From Negaprion brevirostris (lineage: Eukaryota), in contig JARDVH010000110.1 of NCBI GenBank assembly GCA_030324005.1, forward strand, positions 36,994,931 to 37,058,930: a stretch of DNA of 64,000 bases. Reading direction: 5' to 3'. Each line of letters opens with the position of its first letter. The first letter of the stretch is position 1. The translations under genes were made by a program, and so were the position numbers. Positions 63,560 through 64,000 of this stretch are shown here, in pieces. The notes under the pieces were generated by a model. That model worked only from the letters and a program-made list of their open reading frames with translations, was not told the DNA's origin and did no database searches.

Positions 63560-64000
63560 TCCCTTTTAATCTGATCCCATCCAATTTCTTATTATTTCTT
63601 ACTCTGGTGCTATCTGATTCTGACAGTCCTTGTGTGACTTGTTTTTCCTTTCTAATGCTTATATCTTAATGCCCATCAGCCCTGACCATTGGATAAAATC
63701 CTCCCTAACAGCACCAGCAAACCACAGCAACCCTCACAGATTTTGGTCCAGGCTCTGTTGAGATGGAAACCATCTGATCTGTACAGGTCCCACCTCTCTG
63801 AGTCGCAGGAATCTAAAGCATCTCTCCTGCCCATCTTTCCAGCCCTACATTCATCTTCTGTATCATCTTACTTTGATACTTCTAGCACATGACACTGAAA
63901 GTAATCTGGAGATTACTACCTTTAAGATCCTGTATGCTGGTTCCTCACTAGCTGTCTAAAATCTGACTTCAGACCTCCCATTTCAACCTGTGTTATTGAT
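63560..64000 (-). mobile_element. CR1 LINE ORF1 (SGNH esterase domain) fragment
   Basis: LKVVISRLL...RWDLYRSDGFHLNRAWT...FAGAVRED, with the DxxH esterase motif. Confidence 0.85.

Overview
Eukaryotic, repeat-dense DNA from a cartilaginous fish. The HE1-type V-SINEs and CR1/HER1 LINEs point to a shark, probably carcharhiniform (inference). The draft assembly has many N gaps. No intact recognisable host protein-coding gene is present; the ORF-track entries are mostly transposon debris or gap read-through. The window holds about 15 HE1/V-SINE copies, many CR1 LINE fragments, Rex1/Babar fragments, Gypsy LTR remnants, PIF/Harbinger relics (transposase and Myb/SANT ORF) with their MITEs, DeuSINE tails and Penelope-like elements (PLEs) carrying decayed hammerhead ribozymes. 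Main observations: (1) a chain of minus-strand exon-like blocks from about 57.3 kb to 0.3 kb, with splice signals, stops and TE insertions, that looks like a dead multi-exon gene of unknown identity; (2) three independent fold-back mini-PLE insertions, each with inverted arms, a one-sided tail and a TSD; (3) a tRNA-Gly(TCC)-derived pseudogene whose anticodon reads TCT, with a Pol III terminator; (4) a roughly 630-bp inverted duplication whose inner arms are far more alike than its outer arms; (5) template-switch and 5'-inversion scars. I found nothing I can confidently call a new biological system. Family names come from motif recognition, not database searches, and most TE boundaries are approximate.
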